Source: an uncultured delta proteobacterium (GTDB lineage: Bacteria; Myxococcota; Myxococcia; Myxococcales; Myxococcaceae). From it: 64,000 bases of DNA. Every line of letters starts with the position of its first letter. The first letter of the stretch is position 1. The notes under the pieces are model-generated. The model had not been told where the DNA came from and did no database searches. It was given only the letters and a program-made list of their open reading frames with translations. The stretch lies in contig CAVZMH010000015.1 of the NCBI GenBank assembly GCA_963776345.1, positions 448,001 to 512,000 on the forward strand, in the 5' to 3' direction. A program made the position numbers and the translations under genes. This document shows, piece by piece, positions 9,653 to 19,649 of this stretch.

Positions 9653-10537
9653 TCACGCTCTCTGGATCTCGCCCACGCGGACCCCCAGGACGATCTCCCC
9701 CCGGTACCCCGCGGTGGGGCTGCCTTCGAGGGGGACCAGGAGCGCGCCGTGGCCGCGGTAGACGGGATCCACCGCGTTTCGCGTGTCGCGCGGCGCGCGG
9801 TCGGCATACGGGGCCGTGGCCAGCACTCCGTCCGTGACCTCGTCGTCGAAGAAGAGCTGGGTGCTCAGCTCGGTCGTGACCTCGGCGAACGGGTCGAACA
9901 GCCGCACCTTGGCGTGGATGTGCACGGCTCGGCCCGGGTACCAGCCTGGATAGATCGTGGTGAAGGTGGCGGTGCCCCCGGCATCGGTGACCTGGTACCC
10001 GCGGAGAAAGTCCTGCCCCGCGGTCCCGGTCCCGGGCACGTCCGAGTAGATCCCGAGCGCGTCGCAGTGCCAGAGGTCCACCTGCGCCCCGCGCAGTGGC
10101 CGGCAGTCCTGATCGGAGGGCGCCAGTAGCCGGATGTCGAGCGTGAGCGGGACTCCGGGCCGTGGATCGGGCGCGGCGATCCGGCGCGTGTCCCACCGGA
10201 GATCGGAACGGTCGAGCCGCTCGTCGACCCAGTACGGGCCGGCGGTCAGCCCAGGAGCCATCGCGCAGGCCGGGCCCTGCGGAGCACTCCCGCAGCCGAC
10301 GACCAGCGCTGCGCCCAGCCGCCCCAGCGCGGCCAGGGCCTGCCGGCGGTCGAGCGAGGCTGGTCGGGACCTGGGGGCGTCTCGGCGGCATGCCCGGAGG
10401 ACACCGGGCTGCCCCGATCGATGCGGACCCCCACCTCGCCGAGCACCCGCTGGCGCTCCAGGGCCGCACCGGACGCCGACGTCGACCGCCCGGGCGTGCA
10501 GCCCTGCGACGACCGTGGCGCGAGCGTTGTCCGGCAT
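9653..10537 (-). CDS. Exported intradiol ring-cleavage dioxygenase-like protein (start uncertain)
   Basis: TAGPYW, VDLWHCDALGIYS, FLRGYQVTD, IYPGWYPGRAVHIH (Tyr/Tyr/His/His Fe ligands); twin-Arg-like DRRQAL plus VVGC lipobox. Confidence 0.8.
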   Translation of the reverse strand: MPDNARATVVAGLHARAVDVGVRCGPGAPAGARRGGGPHRSGQPGVLRACRRDAPRSRPASLDRRQALAALGRLGAALVVGCGSAPQGPACAMAPGLTAGPYWVDERLDRSDLRWDTRRIAAPDPRPGVPLTLDIRLLAPSDQDCRPLRGAQVDLWHCDALGIYSDVPGTGTAGQDFLRGYQVTDAGGTATFTTIYPGWYPGRAVHIHAKVRLFDPFAEVTTELSTQLFFDDEVTDGVLATAPYADRAPRDTRNAVDPVYRGHGALLVPLEGSPTAGYRGEIVLGVRVGEIQRA

Positions 10538-10634
10538 GGAGCCGCACGTTCCGGAACCGCCGTCAAGACGGCGCGCGGCAGGCGGTGGCGCTGCCGCCCG
10601 GGACGCCACGACGCGTCCCGGGTGGCGGCGCCGC

Positions 10635-11792
10635 TCACGCCGGCCGGATCTTCATCGCCCCGCCGGCGGCCTTCTTCCGCGCGGCGCGCTCGTCCAGCCA
10701 GATGGTCAGCGGGCTGGCGATGTACACGCTGGAGTATGTCCCGACGATGATGCCCACCAGCATCGCCATCGCGAAGTCCCAGATCTCCCCCACCCCGAAG
10801 ATGAGGAGGCCGATGAGGGAAAGCGCGGTCACGCCCGAGGTGAGGATGGTGCGCGACAGCGTGTCGTTCACCGCGATGTTGATGATCTCCGGCAAGGGCT
10901 TGCCCTTGTAGCGGGCCATCTCCTCGCGGATCCGGTCGTAGATCACGATGGTGTCGTTGATCGAGTAGCCGGTGATGGTGAGCAGCACCGCGATCGAGGT
11001 GAGGTTGAACTCCCGGCGGGACACCAGGTAATAGCCGCTGACCATGATCACGTCGTGGACCATGGCCACCAGCGCGCCCGGGCCGAACTTGAAGTCGAAC
11101 CGGAAGGCCACGTACACCAGGATCGCCAGCATCGCGTAGAGCAGCGCGGCGATGCCCTTGTTCCGCAGCTGGTTTCCGACCTGCGGACCCACGTAGTCCA
11201 CCCGCTGCACCTTGAAGTCCGGCTGCGCCAGCCCCTTGGCCATGGCGGCCGTGATCCGGTCCGCCATGCCCGAGGCGACGATTTGGTAGTCCTGTCCCCC
11301 GCCCTGGGCAGCGCCGAGGTCGCGGACCTCCTTCACCCCGGTCCCAGACGCCGAGACGGCCTGGCGTACCCGGTCGGCGTCCAGCTTCTGCGCCGAGCGG
11401 AAGTTGATCAGCCCGTTCTGCACGTCGGCGTGGAGGTTGCTGATGCCGCCCAGCGCCTCCAGCGCCTGGCGCGCGGTGACCGCGCTCTCCGCCGTCAGCT
11501 GGGTCACGCCGCCGAGTCGGAGCAGGTAGCTGTTGTCGCTGGCCGAGCCGATGCCCTGGACGCTCACCTCGTGCAGCCCCGAGGCCTGGGCCCGGGACCT
11601 CACCTCGTCGGCGCGGATGGAATGGTCGAACTTGAGCTCGACCACGGTGCCGCCGGCGAAGTCGACGCCAAAGTTGAACCCGAAGATGGCGATGCCCACC
11701 ACGATGGCGAGGTTCAGCACCGAGGAGATGAACAGTGCCGGCTTCCGCTTCCCGATGAAGTCGATGTTGGTCTTGTGCTTGAGGATCTGCAT
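10635..11792 (-). CDS. secF: Protein translocase subunit SecF
   Basis: GVDFAGG, VGPQVG, GYSINDTIVIYDRIRE, GTYSSVYIA. Confidence 0.97.
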   Translation of the reverse strand: MQILKHKTNIDFIGKRKPALFISSVLNLAIVVGIAIFGFNFGVDFAGGTVVELKFDHSIRADEVRSRAQASGLHEVSVQGIGSASDNSYLLRLGGVTQLTAESAVTARQALEALGGISNLHADVQNGLINFRSAQKLDADRVRQAVSASGTGVKEVRDLGAAQGGGQDYQIVASGMADRITAAMAKGLAQPDFKVQRVDYVGPQVGNQLRNKGIAALLYAMLAILVYVAFRFDFKFGPGALVAMVHDVIMVSGYYLVSRREFNLTSIAVLLTITGYSINDTIVIYDRIREEMARYKGKPLPEIINIAVNDTLSRTILTSGVTALSLIGLLIFGVGEIWDFAMAMLVGIIVGTYSSVYIASPLTIWLDERAARKKAAGGAMKIRPA

Positions 11793-11794
11793 CG

Positions 11795-13567
11795 TCAGAC
11801 CGAGACCGTCTGGGCGCCGCGCCCGTGGACGAAGTAGGTGGTGATCGCCCGGGTGACGACGATCGAGGTGAAGAGCGAGGCCACCAGCCCGATGATCAGC
11901 GAGGTGGCGAACCCGCGCACCGGACCCGTCCCGGTGGAGAGCAGGATGAAGCCGGCGATCAGCGTGGTGACGTGGGCGTCGAAGATGGTCCAGAAGGCCC
12001 GGTCGTAGCCCTGGTCGACCGCGGCCCGGGCGCTCTTGCCGTTGGCCAGCTCCTCACGGACGCGCTCGTTGATCAGCACGTTGGCGTCCACCGCGATGCC
12101 CAGGGTGAGCACGAAGCCGGCGATGCCCGGCAGGGTGAGGGTGGCGTTGAACAGCGCCAGCCCGGCGAGGATGAGGACGCCGTTGAGGATCAGCGCCACG
12201 TCCGCGATGAACCCGGACTTCCGGTAGTAGACCGCCATGAAGGCGACCACCAGGGCCAGGCCGACGATGGCGGCCAGGCTGCCCTTCCTGATCAGCTCGT
12301 CCCCGAGGCTCGCCCCGACCTGCCGGATCTCACCGGTGGTCACCGGCGCGGGCAGCGCACCGGCCCGGAGCACCAGCACGAGATTCTGGGCCTCCTGCAG
12401 CATCTGCTCGTCGGTCTTGCCCAGCGAGTGGCCGAGGGTGATGCGGGCCCGCCCGTTGGGGATGCGCTCGTTGATCCGCGGCGCGGAGTTGACGTTCTCG
12501 TCGAGGACGATGGCCATGTAGCGGCCCACGTTGTCGCCGGTGAGCTTCCCGAACTCGACGCCGCCCTGGGTGTCGAACGAGAGGTTCACCTCGAAGTCGT
12601 TGCTGGTCTGGCTCCGGTTGTAGTCCGCCGTGGCCAGGCTCTCGCCGGTGAGCGGGACGGCCTTGTCCACCAGGTAGGCGAGGTAGCTGTCGCAGGTGCC
12701 CTTCTGGGCCTGGGCGCTCACGCACTGGAGCAGGACCTGGCGGTCGGCCGGGACGTCCTGGTGGGCGTAGGCGAGCAGCGCCTCCCGGTCCTTGCCCTCG
12801 AGCTGCTCGTACCCGTTGGGCTTCACCAGTCGGATGCCCGAGTCCACCGGGGGCGGGTGCTTGGCCACCAGCTGGCCGAAGAAGGTGCTCTTCTCGTCCA
12901 CCATCCGGAACTCGAGCTGGGCGGTGGTGCCGATCAGCTCCTTGGCCTGCTCCGGATCCTGCTGGCCGGGGAGCGAGATCTGGATCGAGTCGGTGCCCAT
13001 CTTCCGGACGTCCACCTCGGCCACGCCCCACTTGTCGATGCGCCGGCGGATGACGAGCATCGCCTGGTCCACCGCGTCGTCGCGGAACCGGGACACCTGG
13101 GTGTCCCTGAGCTGATAGGTGATCGCCTCGGCGGTCCGGCCCACCCGGGAGAAGTCGTCGAAGCCCTTCAGCTCCTTCTCCACCTTGTCCAGGGTGGCGG
13201 CGTCGGGCGCCTTCAGGGTGAGCTCGAGCTTCTCGGGCTCGGTGGTGTAGGTGACGCCCTCGACCTTCTGGTCCTTGAGGTAGTTGACGATCTGCAGGCC
13301 CCGGCGCTCGACCCGCTTCTGGAGCGCGGTCTGGGTGTCGACCCGCATCACCATGTGGATGCCGCCCTGCAGGTCGAGGCCGAGGTTGAGCCGGTGGTTC
13401 GCGCCCGGCGCCCACCGGGGCAGCTTGGACTGGAGCAGCTTGAGGTCGTTCCGCTGCGCCTTGGGCAACACGAAGAACGAGTAGTACGTCGGGATGAGGT
13501 ACCAGATGGCGCCGAGGGTGACCCCGAGGATGATCGCCCACCGGCCCCAGTTCCCGCGGCCCATCAC
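11795..13567 (-). CDS. secD: Protein translocase subunit SecD
   Basis: LGLDLQGG, LTLPGIAG, AVDANVLINERVREE, GPVRGFA. Confidence 0.97.
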   Translation of the reverse strand: MMGRGNWGRWAIILGVTLGAIWYLIPTYYSFFVLPKAQRNDLKLLQSKLPRWAPGANHRLNLGLDLQGGIHMVMRVDTQTALQKRVERRGLQIVNYLKDQKVEGVTYTTEPEKLELTLKAPDAATLDKVEKELKGFDDFSRVGRTAEAITYQLRDTQVSRFRDDAVDQAMLVIRRRIDKWGVAEVDVRKMGTDSIQISLPGQQDPEQAKELIGTTAQLEFRMVDEKSTFFGQLVAKHPPPVDSGIRLVKPNGYEQLEGKDREALLAYAHQDVPADRQVLLQCVSAQAQKGTCDSYLAYLVDKAVPLTGESLATADYNRSQTSNDFEVNLSFDTQGGVEFGKLTGDNVGRYMAIVLDENVNSAPRINERIPNGRARITLGHSLGKTDEQMLQEAQNLVLVLRAGALPAPVTTGEIRQVGASLGDELIRKGSLAAIVGLALVVAFMAVYYRKSGFIADVALILNGVLILAGLALFNATLTLPGIAGFVLTLGIAVDANVLINERVREELANGKSARAAVDQGYDRAFWTIFDAHVTTLIAGFILLSTGTGPVRGFATSLIIGLVASLFTSIVVTRAITTYFVHGRGAQTVSV

Positions 13568-13914
13568 TTGGACTCCTTCTCCGCCTTGCTCTCCTCGGGC
13601 TTCGCCGGCTCGGCCGGGTCCTTGAGGACCGTCTGCACCGAGGTCTTCAGCACCCGGAGCTTCACGTTGGTCGCGACCTCGATCTGAACCTCACGGTCGG
13701 CGATCAGGAAGATGCGGCCGATGATCCCGCCCTGGGTCACCACCACGTCGCCCTTCTTGAGGTTGGCGAGGAGCGCCTTGTGCTCCTTGAGCTGCTTCTG
13801 CTGGGGCCGGATCATGAGGAAGTACATGATCGCGAACATCCCGGCGATGAAGATGAAGAGCGACGATCCGCTTCCGCCGGCCACCTGGGCCAGCAGGACT
13901 TGGTGAGTGAGCAC
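13564..13914 (-). CDS. yajC: Preprotein translocase subunit YajC
   Basis: YFLMIRPQQK, LKKGDVVVTQGGIIG; directly upstream of secD; GTG start chosen. Confidence 0.95.
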   Translation of the reverse strand: MLTHQVLLAQVAGGSGSSLFIFIAGMFAIMYFLMIRPQQKQLKEHKALLANLKKGDVVVTQGGIIGRIFLIADREVQIEVATNVKLRVLKTSVQTVLKDPAEPAKPEESKAEKESK

Positions 13915-14157
13915 GGGGATGGACTCCGTAGAGACCTCTCGAAACAGGGGAATCTTGAGAGGGCGCGCATCCTTAGCAAGAGGGCGCACCGGACGACAAG
14001 AAGCGGGGCCAGGATCAGAACCGGATCAGAATTGCCCCGCTGAACGGACGTTCAACACGCTGCACGGGCCCGGGATTCCTGGGGAGTTCCGACGCCACGG
14101 ATCAGCCGCGCCCCCCGAGCCCCGCTGCTCGTCCGGCCATGGATCAGCCGCGGGCCC

Positions 14158-15282
14158 TCACCCGGTCGGCGCCCGTCCTGACTCGCGCCGCCGCACGTCC
14201 TCGGCGTACGCGCCGAACCGGTCCTCCTCGATGGCGGCGCGCGCCCCGCGCATGAGCTCCAGGAAATGGTGCAGGTTGTGGAGCGTGGCCAGCCGGAGCG
14301 CGAGCAGCTCGTCGGCGGCGAAGAGATGGCGGAGGTAGGCGCGCGAGTGCGTCCGGCAGGTGTAGCAGGCGCAGCCCGGGTCGGGTGGGCGCTCGTCGCG
14401 CGCGTGCACCCTGTTGCGGAGGTTGAGCCGCCCCTGGGTGGCGAAGAGCAGGCCGTTGCGGGCGCACCGGGTCGGGAGCACGCAGTCGAACATGTCGACG
14501 CCCGCCGCCACCGCGGTGACGAGGTCCACCGGCGTCCCCACCCCCATCAGGTACCGGGGCTTGTCCTCGGGAAGCAGCGGCGCCACCTCGGCCACCGAGG
14601 CGTGCATCTCCTCCGGGCGCTCGCCGACGGAGTACCCGCCGAGCGCGTACCCCGGGAGCTCCACCGCGCAGACCTCCTCGAGATGCCGGCGACGGAGCTC
14701 GAGGTCCAGGCCGCCCTGGACGATGCCGAAGAGCGCGCTCCGGCCACGGCTCCAGGCCGCCGCGCAGCGCTGCAGCCAGCGCGTGGTTCGGGCGAGGCTC
14801 TCCTCGAGGTACGCGCGTTCGGCGTTCGAGGGCGGACACTCGTCGAAGGCCATGATGATGTCCGCGCCGAGTGTCTCCTGGATCTGGACCGACCGCTCCG
14901 GGGTCAGGAGCCAGCGGCTCCCGTCGAGGTGCGACTGGAAGCTCGCGCCCTCCTCGGTGATCTTCCGGCTCTGGGCCAGGCTGTAGACCTGGAAGCCGCC
15001 GGAGTCGGTGAGGAGGGCCCGGTCCCAGGCCATGAAGCGGTGGAGCCCGCCGAGCGCGCCGATGAGCTCCTCTCCGGGCCGCAGCATCAGGTGGTAGGTG
15101 TTGCCGAGGAGGATCTCCGCCCCGAGCGCGCGGAGGTCGTCCTGCCCCACCGCCTTCACCGTCGCCTGGGTGCCCACCGGCATGAAGACCGGCGTCTCCA
15201 CCGTCCCGTGCGGGGTGTGCAGCCGGCCGCGGCGCGCGTGGGTGCTCGCATCGCGGTGAAGGCGCTCGAACCGGAGGCTCAC
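14158..15282 (-). CDS. tgt: tRNA-guanine transglycosylase
   Basis: TPVFMPVGT, LTDSGGFQV, FGIVQGG, PRYLMGVG, DMFDCVLPTR, CxCxxC Zn site. Confidence 0.98.
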   Translation of the reverse strand: MSLRFERLHRDASTHARRGRLHTPHGTVETPVFMPVGTQATVKAVGQDDLRALGAEILLGNTYHLMLRPGEELIGALGGLHRFMAWDRALLTDSGGFQVYSLAQSRKITEEGASFQSHLDGSRWLLTPERSVQIQETLGADIIMAFDECPPSNAERAYLEESLARTTRWLQRCAAAWSRGRSALFGIVQGGLDLELRRRHLEEVCAVELPGYALGGYSVGERPEEMHASVAEVAPLLPEDKPRYLMGVGTPVDLVTAVAAGVDMFDCVLPTRCARNGLLFATQGRLNLRNRVHARDERPPDPGCACYTCRTHSRAYLRHLFAADELLALRLATLHNLHHFLELMRGARAAIEEDRFGAYAEDVRRRESGRAPTG

Positions 15283-16355
15283 CGGACCGCTCCCGCCGCG
15301 ACGAAGGTCGCATCCCCGTAGCTGAAGAACCGGTAGCGCTCGGCGACGGCCGCCCGGTAGGCCGCGAGCACCGCCTCCCGCCCGGCGAAGGCGGAGACCA
15401 GCATCAGCAAGGTCGAGCGGGGGAGGTGGAAGTTGGTGAGCAGCGCCTCCACGACCTGGAACCGGTACGGCGGGCGGATGAACAGCTGTGAGGCCCCCGG
15501 CCCGGCGCGCACGCTCCCTCCCTGGACCGCGCTCTCCAGCGTCCGGACCACGGTGGTCCCGACCGCGACGATGCGCCTGCCCTGGCTCCGCGCCCGGTTC
15601 ACCGCCGCGGCCGTCTCCTCGGGCACGTGGTACCGCTCGGAATGCATCCGGTGCGTCGACTCGTCCTCACCGCGTACGGGGAGGAACGTTCCCGGGCCCA
15701 CGTCGAGGGTGACGAACCGGCGCTCCACCCCCAGGGCCTCCAGCTCGGCGAAGGTCTCCGCGGTGAGGTGGAGCCCGGCGGTGGGCGCGGCGACCGAGCC
15801 GTCGGCCCGCGCGTAGACGGTCTGGTAGCGGGTCCGGTCCTCCGCCGTGGGCTCGCGCGCCACGTAGGGCGGGAGCGGCACCCGGCCCGCCCGCTCCAGG
15901 AGGTCGGCGACGGAGCCCTCGGCCTGGAAGCGCACCCGGAGCTCGCCCTCCCCCCGCGCCTCCACCAGCGTGGCCGAGCCGCCGTCGAGCTCGACCACCG
16001 TTCCCGCCCGGAGCCCCTTGCTGGCCTGACCGAGACAGACCCAGTCGAGCGCCTCCGCGGGGCCGGTGAGCGCGCCGGCGGCGTCGACCTCGGCGTCGGG
16101 GCGGACCAGCAGCAGCTCCACCCGCCCGCCGCTCCCTCGCTTCCGGCCGAGAAGCCGCGCCGGAATCACCCGGGTGTCGTTGAGCACCACCAGGTCGCCC
16201 CGGCGGAGCAGCCCCGGCCACTCCCGGAAGCTCCGGTGGGCGATTGCGCCGGAGGCCCGGTCGAGCACCAGCAGGCGCGAGGCGTCCCGCCGCTCGAGGG
16301 GAGCCCGGGCGATGAGCGCATCGGGGAGGTTGAAGTCGTAGTCGGAGAGGGCCAA
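15279..16355 (-). CDS. queA: S-adenosylmethionine:tRNA ribosyltransferase-isomerase
   Basis: LSDYDFNLP, NDTRVIPARL, PLPPY, AAPTAGLH, TNFHLPRSTL, YRFFSYGDA; TTG start. Confidence 0.97.
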   Translation of the reverse strand: MALSDYDFNLPDALIARAPLERRDASRLLVLDRASGAIAHRSFREWPGLLRRGDLVVLNDTRVIPARLLGRKRGSGGRVELLLVRPDAEVDAAGALTGPAEALDWVCLGQASKGLRAGTVVELDGGSATLVEARGEGELRVRFQAEGSVADLLERAGRVPLPPYVAREPTAEDRTRYQTVYARADGSVAAPTAGLHLTAETFAELEALGVERRFVTLDVGPGTFLPVRGEDESTHRMHSERYHVPEETAAAVNRARSQGRRIVAVGTTVVRTLESAVQGGSVRAGPGASQLFIRPPYRFQVVEALLTNFHLPRSTLLMLVSAFAGREAVLAAYRAAVAERYRFFSYGDATFVAAGAVR

Positions 16356-16491
16356 CGCGGAGCAGGGACCTCCCTTCTCGTTTGCCGACGCCTCCCGGTC
16401 AAGTGACGGGGGGGCGCGCACCGCACGGGTCGACACGCCGGCAGCATCGATGTTGACCCACCGGCGCCGGCGACCGTCTGCTGCTGCGCCC

Positions 16492-18297
16492 GTGAGCGCT
16501 CCCGCCTCCGCCCTCGTCGCTCTGCTCTCCCTGGTCCTCGCCTGCAGCCACGGACCTCCTTCGGAGCCAGTCGCGGCGCCGCCCCCCGCGCCCAGCGATT
16601 CCCAGGCTGCGGCTCGGCTCCGCGCGCTCGCGGAGGACTACTTCGAGGGCACGCTCAGGCTCGACCCGCTCCAGGCCACCGCGATCGGCGACCCGCGGTA
16701 TGACGACCGGCTACCGGACACGCTCACCGACGCGGGCCGGGAGGCCATCCGCGGCCTCGCGCTCCGCACCCGGACCACCCTGGAGGCGCTTCCCCGCGCC
16801 TCGCTGCGCGGCGAGGACGCGCTCACCTCGGCGGTGCTCGACGACCTCACCCGGACCACCCTCGAGGGTCAGGAGCTCGACGACCATCTGATGCCGCTCG
16901 AGCAGATGAGCTCGCTGGCGGTGGAGTTCCCGGTGTTGGGCTCTGGCGCGGGCCGGCACCCGTTCCGGACCGTGGCCGACTACGAGCATTTCCTCGCCCG
17001 CATCCAGGCCTTCCCCCGGTGGGTCGACTCGGCGATCGCCCGCATGGGCGAGGGCATCGCCCGCGGCTTCACCCGCCCGCGCCCGGTGGTGCTCCGCACC
17101 TTGCCCCAGCTCGTGGCCCAGGTGGTCGCTCGCCCCGAGGACAGCACCTTCTGGGGCCCGGTGGCCCGGATGCCAGCGTCCTTCTCCGCTGGAGACCGCA
17201 CGCGCCTCACCGACGCGTACCGGACCGCCATCCTGGAGACCGTCGTTCCGACCTACCGCCGGCTCGCGGCGTTCGTCCGGGACACCTATCTCCCCGCGTC
17301 GCGAACCACCACCGCCTTGGAGGCGCTGCCGGACGGACCAGCCCGCTACGCGTTCGTGGTTCGCCAGCAGACCACCACCGCGCTGGATCCGCACGCCATT
17401 CACCAGCTCGGGCTGGACGAGGTGGCGCGCATCCGGGGCGACGTCGAGCAGCTCCGGATCGCCAGCCGATTCGAGGGCACGCCGGAACAGTTCCTCGAGG
17501 CGATGTTCACCGATGCCACCGGAGCGGTGGAGACCGAGGAGGCGCTGGTCGCGGCGTACCGGGCGATCAAGGAGCGGGTCCGGCCGAGGCTCCCCGAGCT
17601 GTTCGGCAGGCTCCCGGCGGCCGACTTCGAGGTCCGCCCGGTGGAGCGCTTCCGCGAGAACGCCGCGTCCAGTCAGTACGTCCCGGCCACCCCGGACGGG
17701 ACGCGGCCGGGGGTCTTCTACGTCAACGCCGGCAACCTCCGGTCGCGGCCGGTGCGCGCCTCGGAGTCGCTGTTCCTCCACGAGGCGCTCCCCGGCCATC
17801 ACTTGCAGGTCGCCCTGGCCAGCGAGAACCAGGCGCTGCCGCGGGTGCGGCGCTTCGCCCTGTACAACGCGTACGTCGAGGGCTGGGCGCTCTACGCCGA
17901 GCGGCTCGGGCCCCGGCTCGGGCTGTACCAGGACGTCCGCCAGCGCGCAGGCCAGCTGAGGAGCGAGCTGTTCCGCGCGGTGCGGCTGGTGGTGGACACC
18001 GGCCTCCACCACGAGGGCTGGTCACGGCAGCGGGCCATCGACTACGCCCACGCCACGGTGGGCGTGAGCCCGGAGGGGGTGGCCATGGAGATCGACCGCT
18101 ACCTCGCCGCTCCCGGCCAGGCGCTGGGCTACAAGGTGGGAGAGCTCGCCATTCGCCGGATGCGCGACGACGCCGAGCGGAGGCTCGGCCCCGCGTTCGA
18201 CCTTCGGGCCTTTCACGACGCGGTGCTGGAGTCCGGCCCGCTTCCTCTCGGCGTGCTCGAGGAGAAGATGCGGGCCTGGACTCCCGGCCGGCGCTAG
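16492..18297 (+). CDS. DUF885 family lipoprotein (metallopeptidase-like)
   Basis: LVLAC lipobox; HEALPGHHLQ, EGWALYAE, RAVRLVVDTGLH, PGQALGYKVG, FDLRAFHD. Confidence 0.9.
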   Translation: MSAPASALVALLSLVLACSHGPPSEPVAAPPPAPSDSQAAARLRALAEDYFEGTLRLDPLQATAIGDPRYDDRLPDTLTDAGREAIRGLALRTRTTLEALPRASLRGEDALTSAVLDDLTRTTLEGQELDDHLMPLEQMSSLAVEFPVLGSGAGRHPFRTVADYEHFLARIQAFPRWVDSAIARMGEGIARGFTRPRPVVLRTLPQLVAQVVARPEDSTFWGPVARMPASFSAGDRTRLTDAYRTAILETVVPTYRRLAAFVRDTYLPASRTTTALEALPDGPARYAFVVRQQTTTALDPHAIHQLGLDEVARIRGDVEQLRIASRFEGTPEQFLEAMFTDATGAVETEEALVAAYRAIKERVRPRLPELFGRLPAADFEVRPVERFRENAASSQYVPATPDGTRPGVFYVNAGNLRSRPVRASESLFLHEALPGHHLQVALASENQALPRVRRFALYNAYVEGWALYAERLGPRLGLYQDVRQRAGQLRSELFRAVRLVVDTGLHHEGWSRQRAIDYAHATVGVSPEGVAMEIDRYLAAPGQALGYKVGELAIRRMRDDAERRLGPAFDLRAFHDAVLESGPLPLGVLEEKMRAWTPGRR

Positions 18298-19195
18298 GCG
18301 TTTCCCCTCAAACGCTGCACCTCGACCACCCCCCAGAGCATCGAGCGATCGTCGCCCGCGAGGTTGGTCGGGCTGGGGGCCGGGGGCTCGCCGAAGCTCC
18401 TGAGAACCCGGACGGCGCCTGGCCGTGCCGCGCGCACGACGGCCGCGAGCAGCCGGTCCCGGTACTCGGCGGGGGCGCCGTCCAGCACGTTGGACAGGGT
18501 GAAGCCTCCGTAGCTGCCCGGCTCGCAGGACTCGAGGTAGGCGGCGGCGTCGGCGCAGGCGAGGTCGATGGGGTGACGGGACGGAGGCGCCCGCGGGAGG
18601 CGTCTCGCCGAGGAGCAGCGCGCGGGCGTAGGGGTTGGCCGCGTTGGGGTGCCGGGCGAAGCACCGCTCCATCCGGCCCCGCATCACCCGTCCGAAGTGG
18701 CTGGGCAATACTTGAAGAAACGGCGACGCGTAGACCGAGCGCAACCCAGTGACGGAGAGCAGGAGATCTAGCCCCGCCCGGAAGCGCCGGGTGTCCAGCC
18801 GTTCCCTCCAGAAGGCGAGCTGCGCGTCGACCGAGTCGAAGGCAAGAAAGGTCTCGAGGTCACGCCGGCGCCACCCAGCGAGCGGCAGCAGCGCACGCCC
18901 CAGCCCGAGCAGCCGCTCGGCGCTGCCGACCCGCGCCGGCCTCCCCGGCGAGGCGCTGGCGGGCGTAGTCGAGCTGCACCGGGTTGATGTCCACCGCGGT
19001 GACCGGGTGCCGCGCGGCGAGCGCGAGCGCGGTGTCCCCGGCCGAGGCGATGCAGAACACGGGGGCGCCCTCGGGAAAGGCGCGGAGCTCGACCTCGGGG
19101 TCCTCGTACATCTGGCCAAAGAGCACCCGGCGCGGTCCCCTGCGCTGGTCGAACCGGCCGCCGGCCCACGGGGTGTCGCTGGCACTGGCGGTCAC
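18294..19195 (-). pseudogene. DUF3419/BtaA-like SAM-dependent protein, two apparent frameshifts (about 18940 and 18575)
   Basis: Three consecutive frames give FGQMYEDPEVE..CIASAGDTAL..VDINPVQL / SAERLL..PNAANPYAR / GFTLSNVLD..VLRSF..DRSMLWG. May be a sequencing error rather than a true pseudogene. Confidence 0.7.
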
Positions 19196-19587
19196 GGAGC
19201 CGCTCGCCCCTGCGCCGCGGCGACCCACATGAGGACCACCAGCGCGGCGTTCTTCACCACCATCCCCGCGGGGTCGTGGATGAGCTTCCGGGCGAAGAGC
19301 AGCCCGTTGGCGTTCATCCCCACCAGGAGCGCGGTCTGCACCGCCGCCGCCCAGACGGGCTCCCAGCCGGAGAGCACCCAGACGCCGAGCAGCGACTCGA
19401 CGACCCCCAGCGCGCGGAGGAAGACCGGACCGGCCTTCGGACCGAGGAACGGGACCGCCTCGACGATCCGCTCCTGCGAGGGCAGGCGGCCCAGCACCTT
19501 GCACCACAGCCCTTCGTACAGCCACACCGCGGCGATGGCCGAGCGAACCAGCACCGGGGGCGGCATCAGCTCCATGGGGAGAGTCAT
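19192..19587 (-). CDS. DoxX-like family membrane protein
   Basis: AIAAVWLYEGLWCKVLG, LGVVESLLGVWVLSG, IHDPAGMVVKN; GTGA overlap with the next gene. Confidence 0.8.
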   Translation of the reverse strand: MTLPMELMPPPVLVRSAIAAVWLYEGLWCKVLGRLPSQERIVEAVPFLGPKAGPVFLRALGVVESLLGVWVLSGWEPVWAAAVQTALLVGMNANGLLFARKLIHDPAGMVVKNAALVVLMWVAAAQGRAAP

Positions 19588-19649
19588 CGTGGGCCGGAGG
19601 TGAGCACGCCTGGTGCCGACTTTCACCCCGGCCGTGCGAGGGCCGCGGA

